Positions 29,501 through 39,250 of a stretch of 64,000 bases of DNA are shown in pieces. The translations under genes and the position numbers were made by a program. This DNA comes from Candidatus Undinarchaeota archaeon (GTDB lineage Archaea; SpSt-1190; JASMDC01), in assembly GCA_964519305.1 (NCBI GenBank), contig CAZFHY010000012.1, positions 67,446 to 131,445 of the forward strand, given 5' to 3'. Position 1 is the stretch's first letter. The number at the start of each line of letters is the position of its first letter. The notes under the pieces were generated by a model. The model made no database searches. It was not told the DNA's origin and saw only the letters and a program-made list of their open reading frames with translations.

Positions 29501-32500
29501 GTACTGTGACTGCAAGGCCGGACAGAACCTCTTCACGACCGACAATCCGTCCGGGGAGAACCGCTGCTGCGGTGGCGACCCGGAGACCGATACCTGGTGC
29601 TCGGCACCGTTGTATGGCTCACAGAACTGGTACTGTCACGAGAACCAGAGGACCGACGAGGCAGACTTCGACCAGCCCGCGTGCCAGTGCATGACGCCCA
29701 ACGGCTGGTGGTTCATGAGCGTCGACGACGACATCGAAACGTGCTGCGGCGATGATTTGGGGGAGAGCTGGTGCGGCCTAGAGTCCGATGGCTACTGCCT
29801 CCAGGCGGCCTGGTTCCCCGTCGCCGATTACGACGATGACGAGCACTTCTGCACTGCTTGCGCGGGCAACATCTGGGAGGCGCTCTACGACCTCTCGGAC
29901 GAGGATTGCTGCGGGGATGATCCGGGAGAGTCCTGGTGCGGTGACCGGGGCTACTGCCTCGATGGCGTATGGCATCCCGTCGCCGATCCTGACGATGACG
30001 CCCATTACTGCGAGCAATGCGTGGAGGAGGAGTGGCGCGAGGGAACGTGCTGCGGCGACGACGAGGACGAGAAGTGGTGCGGCACCGCCGGCTACTGCTA
30101 TCATGGCGACTACCACCCGGCCTTCGGCCTTGAGGTGTTCGCCCGCGAGACCCCCGTCTACGCAGAAGAGGCCTGTGCCCTCGATCCCCTCCGCGATCCT
30201 TTCAACCAGGGCGCCTGCGCTGAGAGCAAGACCTACGAGGTGTTCCCCGGCGCGTCCCTGGACATCAACGTGTTCACCTGCTCGCTGCTCGGATGCCATT
30301 GCACCTACCCACGCTTTGACCTTTTCGACACATACCAGGGCCTCACCTATCTCAAAGGCAGGTACCAGGACCTCCCCCAGGAACTGGGCTACGCGACCCA
30401 CATCAGGCTCAACGCCACGGGCGAACGCGTCAGGGTCTCGGCAACGACGGACCAGTGCTTCTATTCGGCGGTCACCCTCTCCTACCCGACCACGATGTGC
30501 GAGGTCTGCGATCGCACGGACGGGTGCTTCGACCATATCGACAAGTGCCAGGTGCGGCAGACACAGTGCCACTTCTGCCTGTTCCACCCAGAGAACTGCA
30601 CCGATGAGCTCATCGGCGGGCTGGAGGGCTGCCTGTACACCGACGCGTCCAACAACAACCGGTGTCTCAAGTGCGCACGTCACCTACAGACCTGTCAGCG
30701 TTGCCTGGACGACGAGGAGTGCCGTGAGCACTTCGACCTCTGCATCGACAACACACAGATCTGCGATGGATTGCTCAACACGGACATGATCACCTTCCCG
30801 GAGTGCTTCTTCGGTGGGCTCACTGCGTGTCGCGAGACCCTCATGGCACTGGCAGGTCGTGCGGCGCTCCTGTGCGAGTTCGCCGACGACGACCTTGCCA
30901 AGGTAGTCTTCATGTGCAACGTCCCGCTGGGTCTCGGCTACCGGTTCGAGGACGTGAACAACCGCTTCGCTGCCCGCAGGTACGCCAACATCCTCCCGCT
31001 GGCGAAGAAGAAGGAGCTCACCAGGATGCTCGGGCCCGCTATCAACGAGATGGTAGCGAACGCTGCTGGCGAGACCGCTGTCCTTGCCGCCCAGCTCCAG
31101 GACAGGTTCCCGAAGCTCGCCCGGTCGCTCAACTCGACAATCGCGCTCAACAGATCGATCAAGGACACTGCCACCGAGATCGACTTCAATATCGAAGAGG
31201 ACCTCTCGAAGGCGCTCGATTACGGTGTGGTGGCCCTTTACCGGCTCACCACCACCCAGGAGTACGCCCGCACCGCCGGTGCCATGGACTCCGCCCTCTT
31301 CATGCTCGAACGGATCGAGGACCGCGTCCGCTCCCTGGACAACATCCGTGCCATCATCAGCAACCGGACCATCGAACAGTCCTTTGCCAAGGCACAACTG
31401 ACCGACCTCCCGCCGGATGAGCTCATGAGCACTGTGACCTCGCTCCGCGTCCTGGTGGGTATGGTCGACACAGTGTTCGACGTGGACGAGACGAAGGTGG
31501 CGCACGACCGGCTAGCCGAACAGGAGGGTCGGCTCCGGGACGCTATCCTGGCCACGACCGCCTCCGGCGTCGCCGTGGACACCGCCTTCATGGACGAAGT
31601 GCGGTCCAAGGTAGCGCAGGTCGCAGCAGGATGGGTGACCATCTCCATCACCGAGCGCGAATCCTACAGGCTGGAGGTGGAGCCCGATGACGTGTTGAAG
31701 ACCGCCCTGGCGCTTAAACGGCGGAAGGACATCCTCGGATTCAACCTCACAGAGGAGAACCTGATCGCCGTCACCGTCCCCGCTCTCGTTGAGATCAGCG
31801 TCCCCGGTGGGATCGATTACTACTGGTCGCTGTTCACCGTCAGGCTCTACAACGCCCGGGGCCAGGCCATGGAGGACTTGGTGGTGCCCTACCGCGTGAA
31901 GAAGGGAGTGACCCACAGCATCGAGGAGCTCCACTTCGACCGGAAGGTGAAGGTCCTCGACGCCGTGTCCCTGGTGGCATGGGAGGCGCCGCTACTTGAA
32001 GTGGATGATGTCCTCGAGCTGAAGTTCGTGGCCAAGAAAGGTCTGTGCCGGACCATCGCGGACTGCAAGGAGGGAGAGATATGCGACAATATCCATCCAC
32101 TGGGGGTCTGCAACACCGAGTGCACGGCGTGCGGTACCGTGTGCGACTCGGGCGATCCCGCGTACGAGGTGTGCAACGGTAAGGGCGCATGCGTGGCCGA
32201 GAGCGCCCGGCTCGAGAAGGGACAGGCCTGTCAGTGCAACGAGATCTGTGCATCCAACCTGTGCACCATGGGGGTGTGCTGCGCCAAGGGGGAGTTCGCG
32301 GACCCGATCAACATGATTTGCACGAACAAGCTCAACCTCCTGCTCATCTCGGAGACGCAGTTCGAGATCAACCTTGGCGGTTCGTACGTCGTCCCCGTCC
32401 ATATCGCCAATCCATCGGGCGTAGCAAAGACGTTCACCGTTCGGGCCAGCGGTGTGCTCGCGGACAACGTCATGATCTTCCGCCCGACCTTCGTGCTCCA

Positions 32501-32765
32501 GCCCTGGGAGTACCGTCAGCTCCTCCTCCAGGTGACCGGGATCATCTCGGGGAAGCGGACGCTGGTCATCGATGTAGAGGAAAAGGACGGCGAACTACGC
32601 GACTCCGGCGCTATCGACGTGCTTGTCCGTGCGCCCGCCCAGGCCCTTGGCGTGGAAATGCGCACAGCTCCGGGCCTGACCGCAGCCCACCTCGCCCTGC
32701 TCGGCCTCCTGTCAGCTGCAGCGGTCGTGAGGAAACCTATTTATTCACAGCGAGGGAGGGTATAG
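26511..32765 (+). CDS. Giant Cys-rich repeat surface protein (2084 aa) with a C-terminal APGL-TM-basic anchor
   Basis: Signal peptide, CCGDD/CCGG tandem repeats, helical segment, Ig-like terminal domain and a PGF-CTERM-like tail. Confidence 0.85.
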   Translation: MEGPVGKRGILLLLTALLVLYLLPAPGLAACDPACNDCQDCVSDACQAKTGGKCCGGTWYSGKDCCNDNDCGGCEKCSNRKCENVGCSSCKECNNNHGCQDKSGGECCGGTWYSGGNCCSNSDCGACKKCNSQKKCTGWKCGGGGYSCAVGSANWCSKCANSNGDNDANSCVCKGGVWKADKCCGDDGASDDYCSGTNYCFDGSWYTNPDNKKYGCETCASKVWLNSKCCGDDGASDDYCAGTVNFCLDGVKYTDPDKKKYGCETCASKTWLDSKCCGDDGGATDTYCEGTGKYCEAGTPHNDPDESEYGCVTCGSKIWLSDKCCGDDGGTTDTYCGPVNKYCESGVYKTDYDKSSYGCQTCGSKLWSTQETTCCGDDGAPDDFCAATSSWYCLTGSKTVDGDDSANACTCIFGADHWARSTCCDDQGEDFCQSATSGAGTWYCDDGTREPDADTSQPACDCEAGANLYTNKNSGSKRCCGGNAEEAGETWCESPTAGSGTWYCDGAVRMDDADYKQEYCDCEAGLNLFTAKNAGANKCCGGVNEEAGETWCESPTAGSGDWYCESATRKDDADAKVEYCDCEAGLNLYTTNNAGSNKCCGGTNEEAGETWCENPTNGAGTWYCDGAVRMDDADYKKEYCDCEAGTSLYSAKNSGANKCCGGVNEEPGEIWCESPTPGEGDWYCEGAVRMDDADAKKEYCDCEAGLRLYSTKNSGASMCCGGTNEEAGETWCESPTPGDGDWYCENAVRMDDADAKLAYCNCEAGENLYTTKNSGANRCCGGVVEEAAETWCESPTAGSGTWYCDGAVRMDDADVKQAYCDCEAGQELYSTKNSGADKCCGGVNEEAGETWCESTRIGDGAWYCDNAVRKDDADAKIEYCECEAGEDLYTVDNAGDDRCCSGDVGEVDTWCSNPVPGGGEWYCDTNVRKDDADLKREYCDCEAGPDLYSDKNGGPFKCCGGVNEEAGESWCESPTPGDGAWYCDNAVREDNSDDKKEYCDCKAGQNLFTTDNPSGENRCCGGDPETDTWCSAPLYGSQNWYCHENQRTDEADFDQPACQCMTPNGWWFMSVDDDIETCCGDDLGESWCGLESDGYCLQAAWFPVADYDDDEHFCTACAGNIWEALYDLSDEDCCGDDPGESWCGDRGYCLDGVWHPVADPDDDAHYCEQCVEEEWREGTCCGDDEDEKWCGTAGYCYHGDYHPAFGLEVFARETPVYAEEACALDPLRDPFNQGACAESKTYEVFPGASLDINVFTCSLLGCHCTYPRFDLFDTYQGLTYLKGRYQDLPQELGYATHIRLNATGERVRVSATTDQCFYSAVTLSYPTTMCEVCDRTDGCFDHIDKCQVRQTQCHFCLFHPENCTDELIGGLEGCLYTDASNNNRCLKCARHLQTCQRCLDDEECREHFDLCIDNTQICDGLLNTDMITFPECFFGGLTACRETLMALAGRAALLCEFADDDLAKVVFMCNVPLGLGYRFEDVNNRFAARRYANILPLAKKKELTRMLGPAINEMVANAAGETAVLAAQLQDRFPKLARSLNSTIALNRSIKDTATEIDFNIEEDLSKALDYGVVALYRLTTTQEYARTAGAMDSALFMLERIEDRVRSLDNIRAIISNRTIEQSFAKAQLTDLPPDELMSTVTSLRVLVGMVDTVFDVDETKVAHDRLAEQEGRLRDAILATTASGVAVDTAFMDEVRSKVAQVAAGWVTISITERESYRLEVEPDDVLKTALALKRRKDILGFNLTEENLIAVTVPALVEISVPGGIDYYWSLFTVRLYNARGQAMEDLVVPYRVKKGVTHSIEELHFDRKVKVLDAVSLVAWEAPLLEVDDVLELKFVAKKGLCRTIADCKEGEICDNIHPLGVCNTECTACGTVCDSGDPAYEVCNGKGACVAESARLEKGQACQCNEICASNLCTMGVCCAKGEFADPINMICTNKLNLLLISETQFEINLGGSYVVPVHIANPSGVAKTFTVRASGVLADNVMIFRPTFVLQPWEYRQLLLQVTGIISGKRTLVIDVEEKDGELRDSGAIDVLVRAPAQALGVEMRTAPGLTAAHLALLGLLSAAAVVRKPIYSQRGRV
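27055..29750 (+). repeat. Intragenic tandem repeats: about five or six ~46-50-aa CCGDDG units, then about ten 60-aa (180-nt) CCGG units
   Basis: CCGG codons recur every 180 nt at about 27945, 28125, 28305, 28485, 28665, 28845 and 29025. Confidence 0.85.
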
Positions 32766-32767
32766 CT

Positions 32768-35700
32768 GTGGTCGCGTTCCGTCGTCTAGCGGTCCTGCTC
32801 ATCCCGCTCCTGCTCGTGACGGCGACCGGCATCACCGCCTGCGAGGGCGTCGACCTCTCCCGGCTCGACTCCAGCAGCTTCAGAGCGTGCGCCCCGTACA
32901 AGGACCTCTTCTTGGAGTACATGGGCAAGTACGGCGTCGACAAGATCATCGATCCTGTGATGCTCATGGCCCAGGTGATCAGGGAGTCATCGTGCAGGGC
33001 CCAGGTCAACTGCGGGGGTATCATGCAGGTCGACCATCCCTGCAGGGTCGACAAGGGGTCCCCCGACTACTGCCGATGCAAGACCGACGTCCGGTTCGGT
33101 ATCGATCTTGGGATGAAGCACCTCAAGGGGAGTCTGGACAGGGCGAAGAACATGGGCGCGAACGAGGACGAAGTGCTCACCCTCATCCTGTTCGGGTACA
33201 ACCGGGGCAACGGCGCCATGGCCAAGGCCATCGAGTACCGTAAGCAGGGGATGTCCCTCGCCGACGCCATGATGAAGTCGTGCGTCCACTATTACGGCCC
33301 GGGCACCAAGTGGAACAACGTCGACTACTACTGCAAGAAGACAGGGACCGTCTATCCCGAGAAGATCTACCGGAGCTTCCGGAAGGCGTGCAAGGAGCTC
33401 GGGGGCACACCCGCCGACGTCCCTGCTCTCTCTCCCGCCGCCGGCACGGTCAACTGCCCGGACTACCTCACCAACAGCAAGTGGGCCTGGCCCCTCAAGG
33501 GCAGGATCACATCCCGGTTCGGACCGCGTCCCAAGCCCTGCGCCGACTGCAGCTCCTACCACCACGGGCTCGACATCGCACAGACCACCGGCACGCCCAT
33601 CGTCGCCGCGGGCGCCGGCAAGATCAAGTACGCCGCGTGGGCCACGGGCTACGGTAACGTCGTGTACATCGACCACGGCAAGAACGTCGAGACACGGTAC
33701 GGTCACTCATCCAAGCTTCTGGTCGCTTCCGGCCAGGACGTCAGTCAGGGCCAGCAGATCGCTCTCGTTGGTAGCACAGGATACTCCACGGGGCCGCATC
33801 TCCACTTCGAGATCCGGGTGAACAACAAGGCGATCGACCCGCTCCCCGAGCTTGAGTCCGGGAGCGCTGGTTCAGTGGACCCGCGTAACGACATCGACGG
33901 GGATGGCATCTGTAACAACTTCGACGACGATATGGACGGCGACTCCATCCCCAACTCCCAGGATCACGACATCGACGGCGACGGAACGCCCAACACCCTT
34001 GACGGTGACAACGACAACGACGGCCTCCCCGACGACCAGGAGGTCGAGGACTGCCGGTACCTCTACGACTGCGACGGGGATAGCATCCCGGACTCCACCG
34101 ACGCAGATCCCCGGGTCACCAACCTCGATCTGGACGGGGATTGCATCCCCAACGCCCAGGACGACGACTGGGACAACGACGGGACGCCCAACGGCGAGGA
34201 CGATGCCAACGCCAATCCCTGCGCCGGTTGCCAGGTGATGGCCGGGACCAAGGGCGGAGGTGACAGTACGAGGGTGGAGATGTGCGTGACCGGTCCCTGC
34301 GACACGGCCAAGTGCATGGACCACCTCGAATCATCGATGCCGGCAGGTGCACAGAGCGCGCCCGCCATGGCCACGACCGCCACTGGCGCCATCATCCCGG
34401 GCACCCTCGAGTTCACCACCATCCCTTACCTGGGTACGAACTGCGAGCCTGACAGCGCTCAGCGCGCCAGCGTGGCCGTGGACCCCATCGAGCCGGGCGC
34501 CCAGGCGTCCGTGAGCCTTGATACTTCACTGCTCACCTGTCCTGACCGGACGTACGACAACATCAACGAGTACCGCGCCGACCTCATCGAGACGCTGGGC
34601 AAGATGAAGCAGTTCTACATGGCGCTAAAAGACCATCTCGTCGTGCTCGAGGACGCGCTCAGGAAGCAGGAGAAGCAGTGCGAGGAGGCCATCAGACAGT
34701 TCGCTGGGGACTATACTTCCTGCGACCAGCTGACGCTCGATCCCGAGGGCGTGGCGAGCCCCGAGTTCACACCCACCGTGTGCGCGGAGATGGCGGGCAA
34801 GGCCTGCCCTGCCGATCTCGCCGTCTGCCTCAAGGACGCCCGGCCCGGTGACGCCCTGAAGAAGGCAAAGGAGTGCTCGCTGTGCATCGTGCTCCCCTGC
34901 TGTCCCGGGACGGGGTGCGCAGCCGGCGTCGATGCCGCTGACACCACGCGATGCGGCCCGGGGGATATCGATCCTGTCGAGGGCGAGTGTAGGTACACCT
35001 CCACGGACACGTGCGAGGAGGGGTGCCCGGCGGCCATGCGGACGGTACCGTCCAGCGGCTGCACCCTCACACCGAAGGAAGAGGGTGACGGCGGCGACCT
35101 CGGCGTCACCTCGTGCGAGGTATCCGGCCAGTCGCTAACCGTCTCCTGCTGCCACGAGAAGGACGACGACGGGTGCAAGGACGGCGAGCGGTTCACTGAT
35201 ACTGACGAGTGCTCGGCCGTCGTGGTCTCGAAGGAGAAGCGCGAGCACGCACTGGTCTTCCCCCGCACTCTGGAGGAGTGCTACCAGAAGGCCGTGGACA
35301 CCAAGGACCTGTGCACCGTGGAGGGCTCGGCCGTTCTCGGTGGTGGACGGACGCACAGCCCCGGCCATGTCGCGGACGCCATCGGCCGCGCGGTCCGGTT
35401 CCTCGAGCACTACGACAAGGTCTACCCGTCCCTCGAAGCGAAGATGCGCGAGCTTGCTGCGGCCGAGGAGGAGAACCTGCGCCAGGGCGCGGCAACGACC
35501 CGCAAGGACACAATCGAAATACTCCTTGGCATAGAGCGAAGCTCCAACGAGCTCGCTACCAACGGTGAGACCACACTGGGACAGTTCCAGAAGCTGACGG
35601 CCGATCTCGTAGGTCTTGCCGGCGACAACGAGTTCAAGAACGACGTGAGCGGGACCCATACCCAGGAGGCTGGAGGGCTCAGCACGTTCACGGTCAAGGC

Positions 35701-38700
35701 CACCGAGGGATGGAAGAGTGCCGAACTGTGCATGTTCGACGGGACCGTGGACACACCGGTGTTCGACGACGAGTGCGTGCTCACCGGACCTTCGACCCTC
35801 CAGGAGATCACTAACGTGGCGAACGACCTCTCCTGTGAGGGGTGCTCTAAGGAGAACAAGCACGTCGGCCGGTGCCTCCAGGAGCCCGAGGCCGTCACGG
35901 TCCGCGAGACCAACCTGGACGTGTGGCCGGACGCCCCGCTGACGAGCCTCGTGTCCATGGGCAGGCTGGACCCGCAAGCGATATTCCTTGACTCACAGAA
36001 CTGCTTCGACTACCGGGGTCCCCCTTCATCCTCACCGGGAACGGGTCCGGGTGGCGAGAGCGACCAGTGCTCACTGGTGTGCGGTTCCATGGGCGCCTCC
36101 CAGGGACACTGTCATCCCGAACTGGGAGTGTGCGTGTGCCAGGTCGAAGGCCTCCAGCAGATCACCGATGCCACCTGTGACGAGCGGGTGGACTCGGCGC
36201 TGGCTGCCAAGCTCGCTGCATGCTGCGAGAAGATGGTGGGCGAGACGGCCGGTGTCGAGACGTTCAAGGGAGCGACGAGGACCGATTCGGACAAGGCGGA
36301 CGCAGTGTGCACGACAGCACGGGAGTACCTGGGATGGAACTACGAGATGTCCACCAAGGTACCGTACTGCTCCGGCGGGACGTGCTATATCGACTGCTCA
36401 TCGCTCACCCAGCAAGTGTTCAAGAAGCACGGGGTGAACATCCCACGCACAGCATCGGCACAGTTCGAGTGGTGCCGTAAGAAGGGCAAGCTGGTTGACG
36501 AGCCTGTGCGCGGCGATGCCATCTACTTCAAGAACACCTACAAGCAGGGGATATCCCACACGGGCATCTGGCTAGGTGATGGAAAGTACCTCCACGCTGC
36601 CGGCCGGAAGTACGGTGTCATCATCAGCACCCTCACACCCGCCAAGAAGGCCAAGAACTGGGCCGGGGCCTGCCGGCTCATCGGGGACGTGACCACAACG
36701 GGTACATCCTCGAAGGTGACCTTCGGCCTGTGCAAGGACGGTTCCGGCGACCTGTGCTGCACCGGTCGCGGGCTCGAGGCCGAGAAGCACATCACCGCAG
36801 AGACCTGCGACGTGACCTGCGAGGACATGTGCTCGGTCAAGCACACCGCCGGATCGGAGGAGGCGCTGCGATGCGTGGCCAAGTGCGCGGGGAACACCTG
36901 CCTCGGACGGACCGACGGGACCGAATGCGAGGGCGGGATGTGCTGCAAGGGCCAGTGCGTGCCCGGTGCCTCGACGTGCGATGGCGAGCCGTGCGAGGAG
37001 GAGGACAGGGCATGCTCCGGCGGTTGGTGCTGCGACCTGTTGTGCGTACCGGACGCCACCGCCTGCACCACGGACACCTGTGCCGAGGCCACGGACGGTA
37101 CCGAGTGCGAGGGCGGGCTCTGTTGTGAGCACCGGTGCGTCCCCGGCGCCCTGGCCTGCTCCACCGAGTGCGCGGGCAAGGGCCAGGGTGACGCGTGCAA
37201 GGACGTGGAGGGGCTCTGCTGCGATACCACATGCATCCCTGATGCCCTTTCCTGCGGGACCGAGGACGAGCAGTGCGACGTTCACGAGAGCATCTCCTGC
37301 GCCGCAGGGGCCGAGGAGGGCCTGTGCTGCGACAAGAAATGCGTGCCTGGGGCCACCGCCTGCTCGGGCTCCCCTGCCTGCGTTGACAAGGCGGACGGTC
37401 AGGACTGCGAGGGTGGCGTCTGCTGCCTCGGCGTGTGCGTGGCCGAGGCGGAGGGCTGCTCGGACGAGGACCGGTGCCAGACCATCTGCTTCGACCGGTT
37501 CCCTGACGACGTCGACTCGGCCAGGTTGTGCACGGTCCGCTGCAACGAGATCAACGTGACCTGCGAGAGGACATGCCTAGAGAACCTCGAGGGCATGGAC
37601 TGCGTCTCCTCGTGCGGTGACGGGCTCGACAACGACGGCGATGGCGACATCGACGAGGACATGGTAAACACTATCGATGATGACGGCGACGGCCGTCTCG
37701 ACGAGGACGGCTCAGGCCACGACATCCCACAGTCCGCCATCCATTGCATGGCGCAGTGCCTCCCGGTCGAGGCCACGGGGCCCTCTGCACGCATCATCTC
37801 CTGTATCAAGGCCTGTCGCGCCCTGGCCCCCTCGCTGCGGCTCAGCGTCGCGTTCGCCGACGACGTCCACGCTGTTCTGCCAGGAGAGAAGGTGAACATC
37901 ACAGCACGCGTGGAGAACACCGGTGTGTTCCCCTTCGAGGGCTCTATCGATATGGAGGTCGACAAGCTGTTCACCTGCACCTGTCCGGAGAACGGCGGGT
38001 GCTCGTGCATGAAGACCACGGTGTTCGTGTCCGACGAGAACTTCCAGCTCGAGGCACGGGACAACCTGACGCTGAACAGCGATCCGCTCGAGGCCGACCG
38101 ACAGGGGAACATCCGGTTCCTGCGTCCCAAGGCGTCGATCTCATCGTACGCGGGCGATGCTGTGGTGTCCGAGATGGGCGAGCTCGCGACCGTGCTCGAC
38201 GTGGGTACCGTGCGCGACGGATCGTTCATCCTCCTCCCGGAGAACACCACGGTCCGCGAGGCGTATCCAGGGGACACCGTGGCGGGCGTCGTGGTCGTCG
38301 AGGGCGAGGGGCAGCTCACCGTTACCCGGACGATCACCCATGACGGGAACATGCTCGACAGCACGAAGAGCGAGAGCGCAGCGACCATAGGGCCCGATGG
38401 GACGTCTGAGCTCCACACAAGGACGTACACCGTCCCTGCGGCGATGGACGGTGCCACGCTAGGTCTCCACGCGGAGGTCATAAACGCCACTGACCACGTG
38501 CTCTTCCGCGACGAGCTGCACTCCGTGGCAGGGGACAATCCGTGCACGGGCTCCACCGTGACCCACGCCTGCCTCGACCACGACAATCCGAAGGTCTACG
38601 CCGATGCGCGATTGAAGGTCATGGCGTTCGACCTCACGCTCACATACGCGTTCTTCATAGACAAGGACGACCGCCCCGTCAGCCGTTCGGGCGGAGCGCT

Positions 38701-39250
38701 CGACGTACGTGCTGCGATAGAGCTCCAGAACTGGCTCCCGCGTCCGTTCTCGGGCAAGGTCGAGATCTCTGTGGTCACCGAGAGCGGCGAGGTGCTCCAC
38801 GCAGGCAACCACTCGGTCGATCTCGCGGCCTACATCAAGGCCGATGTGCTCGTACCACAGGAGAGCGCGTCGCTGGTCTCGGACCCCGTCAACGTACCGG
38901 CCGACACGACCGCGCTCATCAGGATCGTCGCCCGTACCGATAACGGGAGCGTGTGGCTCGACATGATCGTCCCCTCCGACCTGTTCCCCGAGTCTCGTCT
39001 GGTGGTCATGGAGCAGACCGAGTTCGGCGACATCGACATCGATGCGTCCATCGTGTACGGCGACTGTAAGCTCAAGGTGACAGCGAAACGCTGCCTGGAC
39101 ACGTGCGAGCTCCACGTGGACAAGGACGTGTGCACGATCGAGCCCAAGGAGTGCGGGTGCATCCCCATCGTCGAGCGCGTGGTGCCGCAGGCCGAACTGC
39201 CGGAGAGCGAGGGGACTGGAGATGACGGTGGTGACGATGAGACCTCGTGA
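32768..39250 (+). CDS. Giant secreted multi-domain peptidoglycan hydrolase: SLT/lysozyme-like, M23 peptidase, TSP3 repeats, NlpC/P60, Cys-rich repeats and beta-sandwich domains (2160 aa)
   Basis: SLT: IRESS..GIMQV..GYNRG. M23: HHGLD, YGH, STGPHLHFE. NlpC/P60: IDCSSL...SHTGIWLGDGKYLHA. GTG 32768 follows a GGAGG RBS and begins a signal peptide. Confidence 0.88.
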   Translation: MVAFRRLAVLLIPLLLVTATGITACEGVDLSRLDSSSFRACAPYKDLFLEYMGKYGVDKIIDPVMLMAQVIRESSCRAQVNCGGIMQVDHPCRVDKGSPDYCRCKTDVRFGIDLGMKHLKGSLDRAKNMGANEDEVLTLILFGYNRGNGAMAKAIEYRKQGMSLADAMMKSCVHYYGPGTKWNNVDYYCKKTGTVYPEKIYRSFRKACKELGGTPADVPALSPAAGTVNCPDYLTNSKWAWPLKGRITSRFGPRPKPCADCSSYHHGLDIAQTTGTPIVAAGAGKIKYAAWATGYGNVVYIDHGKNVETRYGHSSKLLVASGQDVSQGQQIALVGSTGYSTGPHLHFEIRVNNKAIDPLPELESGSAGSVDPRNDIDGDGICNNFDDDMDGDSIPNSQDHDIDGDGTPNTLDGDNDNDGLPDDQEVEDCRYLYDCDGDSIPDSTDADPRVTNLDLDGDCIPNAQDDDWDNDGTPNGEDDANANPCAGCQVMAGTKGGGDSTRVEMCVTGPCDTAKCMDHLESSMPAGAQSAPAMATTATGAIIPGTLEFTTIPYLGTNCEPDSAQRASVAVDPIEPGAQASVSLDTSLLTCPDRTYDNINEYRADLIETLGKMKQFYMALKDHLVVLEDALRKQEKQCEEAIRQFAGDYTSCDQLTLDPEGVASPEFTPTVCAEMAGKACPADLAVCLKDARPGDALKKAKECSLCIVLPCCPGTGCAAGVDAADTTRCGPGDIDPVEGECRYTSTDTCEEGCPAAMRTVPSSGCTLTPKEEGDGGDLGVTSCEVSGQSLTVSCCHEKDDDGCKDGERFTDTDECSAVVVSKEKREHALVFPRTLEECYQKAVDTKDLCTVEGSAVLGGGRTHSPGHVADAIGRAVRFLEHYDKVYPSLEAKMRELAAAEEENLRQGAATTRKDTIEILLGIERSSNELATNGETTLGQFQKLTADLVGLAGDNEFKNDVSGTHTQEAGGLSTFTVKATEGWKSAELCMFDGTVDTPVFDDECVLTGPSTLQEITNVANDLSCEGCSKENKHVGRCLQEPEAVTVRETNLDVWPDAPLTSLVSMGRLDPQAIFLDSQNCFDYRGPPSSSPGTGPGGESDQCSLVCGSMGASQGHCHPELGVCVCQVEGLQQITDATCDERVDSALAAKLAACCEKMVGETAGVETFKGATRTDSDKADAVCTTAREYLGWNYEMSTKVPYCSGGTCYIDCSSLTQQVFKKHGVNIPRTASAQFEWCRKKGKLVDEPVRGDAIYFKNTYKQGISHTGIWLGDGKYLHAAGRKYGVIISTLTPAKKAKNWAGACRLIGDVTTTGTSSKVTFGLCKDGSGDLCCTGRGLEAEKHITAETCDVTCEDMCSVKHTAGSEEALRCVAKCAGNTCLGRTDGTECEGGMCCKGQCVPGASTCDGEPCEEEDRACSGGWCCDLLCVPDATACTTDTCAEATDGTECEGGLCCEHRCVPGALACSTECAGKGQGDACKDVEGLCCDTTCIPDALSCGTEDEQCDVHESISCAAGAEEGLCCDKKCVPGATACSGSPACVDKADGQDCEGGVCCLGVCVAEAEGCSDEDRCQTICFDRFPDDVDSARLCTVRCNEINVTCERTCLENLEGMDCVSSCGDGLDNDGDGDIDEDMVNTIDDDGDGRLDEDGSGHDIPQSAIHCMAQCLPVEATGPSARIISCIKACRALAPSLRLSVAFADDVHAVLPGEKVNITARVENTGVFPFEGSIDMEVDKLFTCTCPENGGCSCMKTTVFVSDENFQLEARDNLTLNSDPLEADRQGNIRFLRPKASISSYAGDAVVSEMGELATVLDVGTVRDGSFILLPENTTVREAYPGDTVAGVVVVEGEGQLTVTRTITHDGNMLDSTKSESAATIGPDGTSELHTRTYTVPAAMDGATLGLHAEVINATDHVLFRDELHSVAGDNPCTGSTVTHACLDHDNPKVYADARLKVMAFDLTLTYAFFIDKDDRPVSRSGGALDVRAAIELQNWLPRPFSGKVEISVVTESGEVLHAGNHSVDLAAYIKADVLVPQESASLVSDPVNVPADTTALIRIVARTDNGSVWLDMIVPSDLFPESRLVVMEQTEFGDIDIDASIVYGDCKLKVTAKRCLDTCELHVDKDVCTIEPKECGCIPIVERVVPQAELPESEGTGDDGGDDETS

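Noticed and set aside
27775-29750. Regular 180-nt repeats as a CRISPR array or other DNA-level element
   Set aside because: They are in-frame coding repeats with synonymous variation and no repeat-spacer structure.
32189-32767. 577-nt overlap of the two giant ORFs, suggesting a frameshift fusion or a longer N-terminus
   Set aside because: Gene 2 has its own GGAGG RBS, GTG 32768 and signal peptide, and gene 1 ends in a proper anchor. The upstream part is a GC-rich alternative-frame extension.
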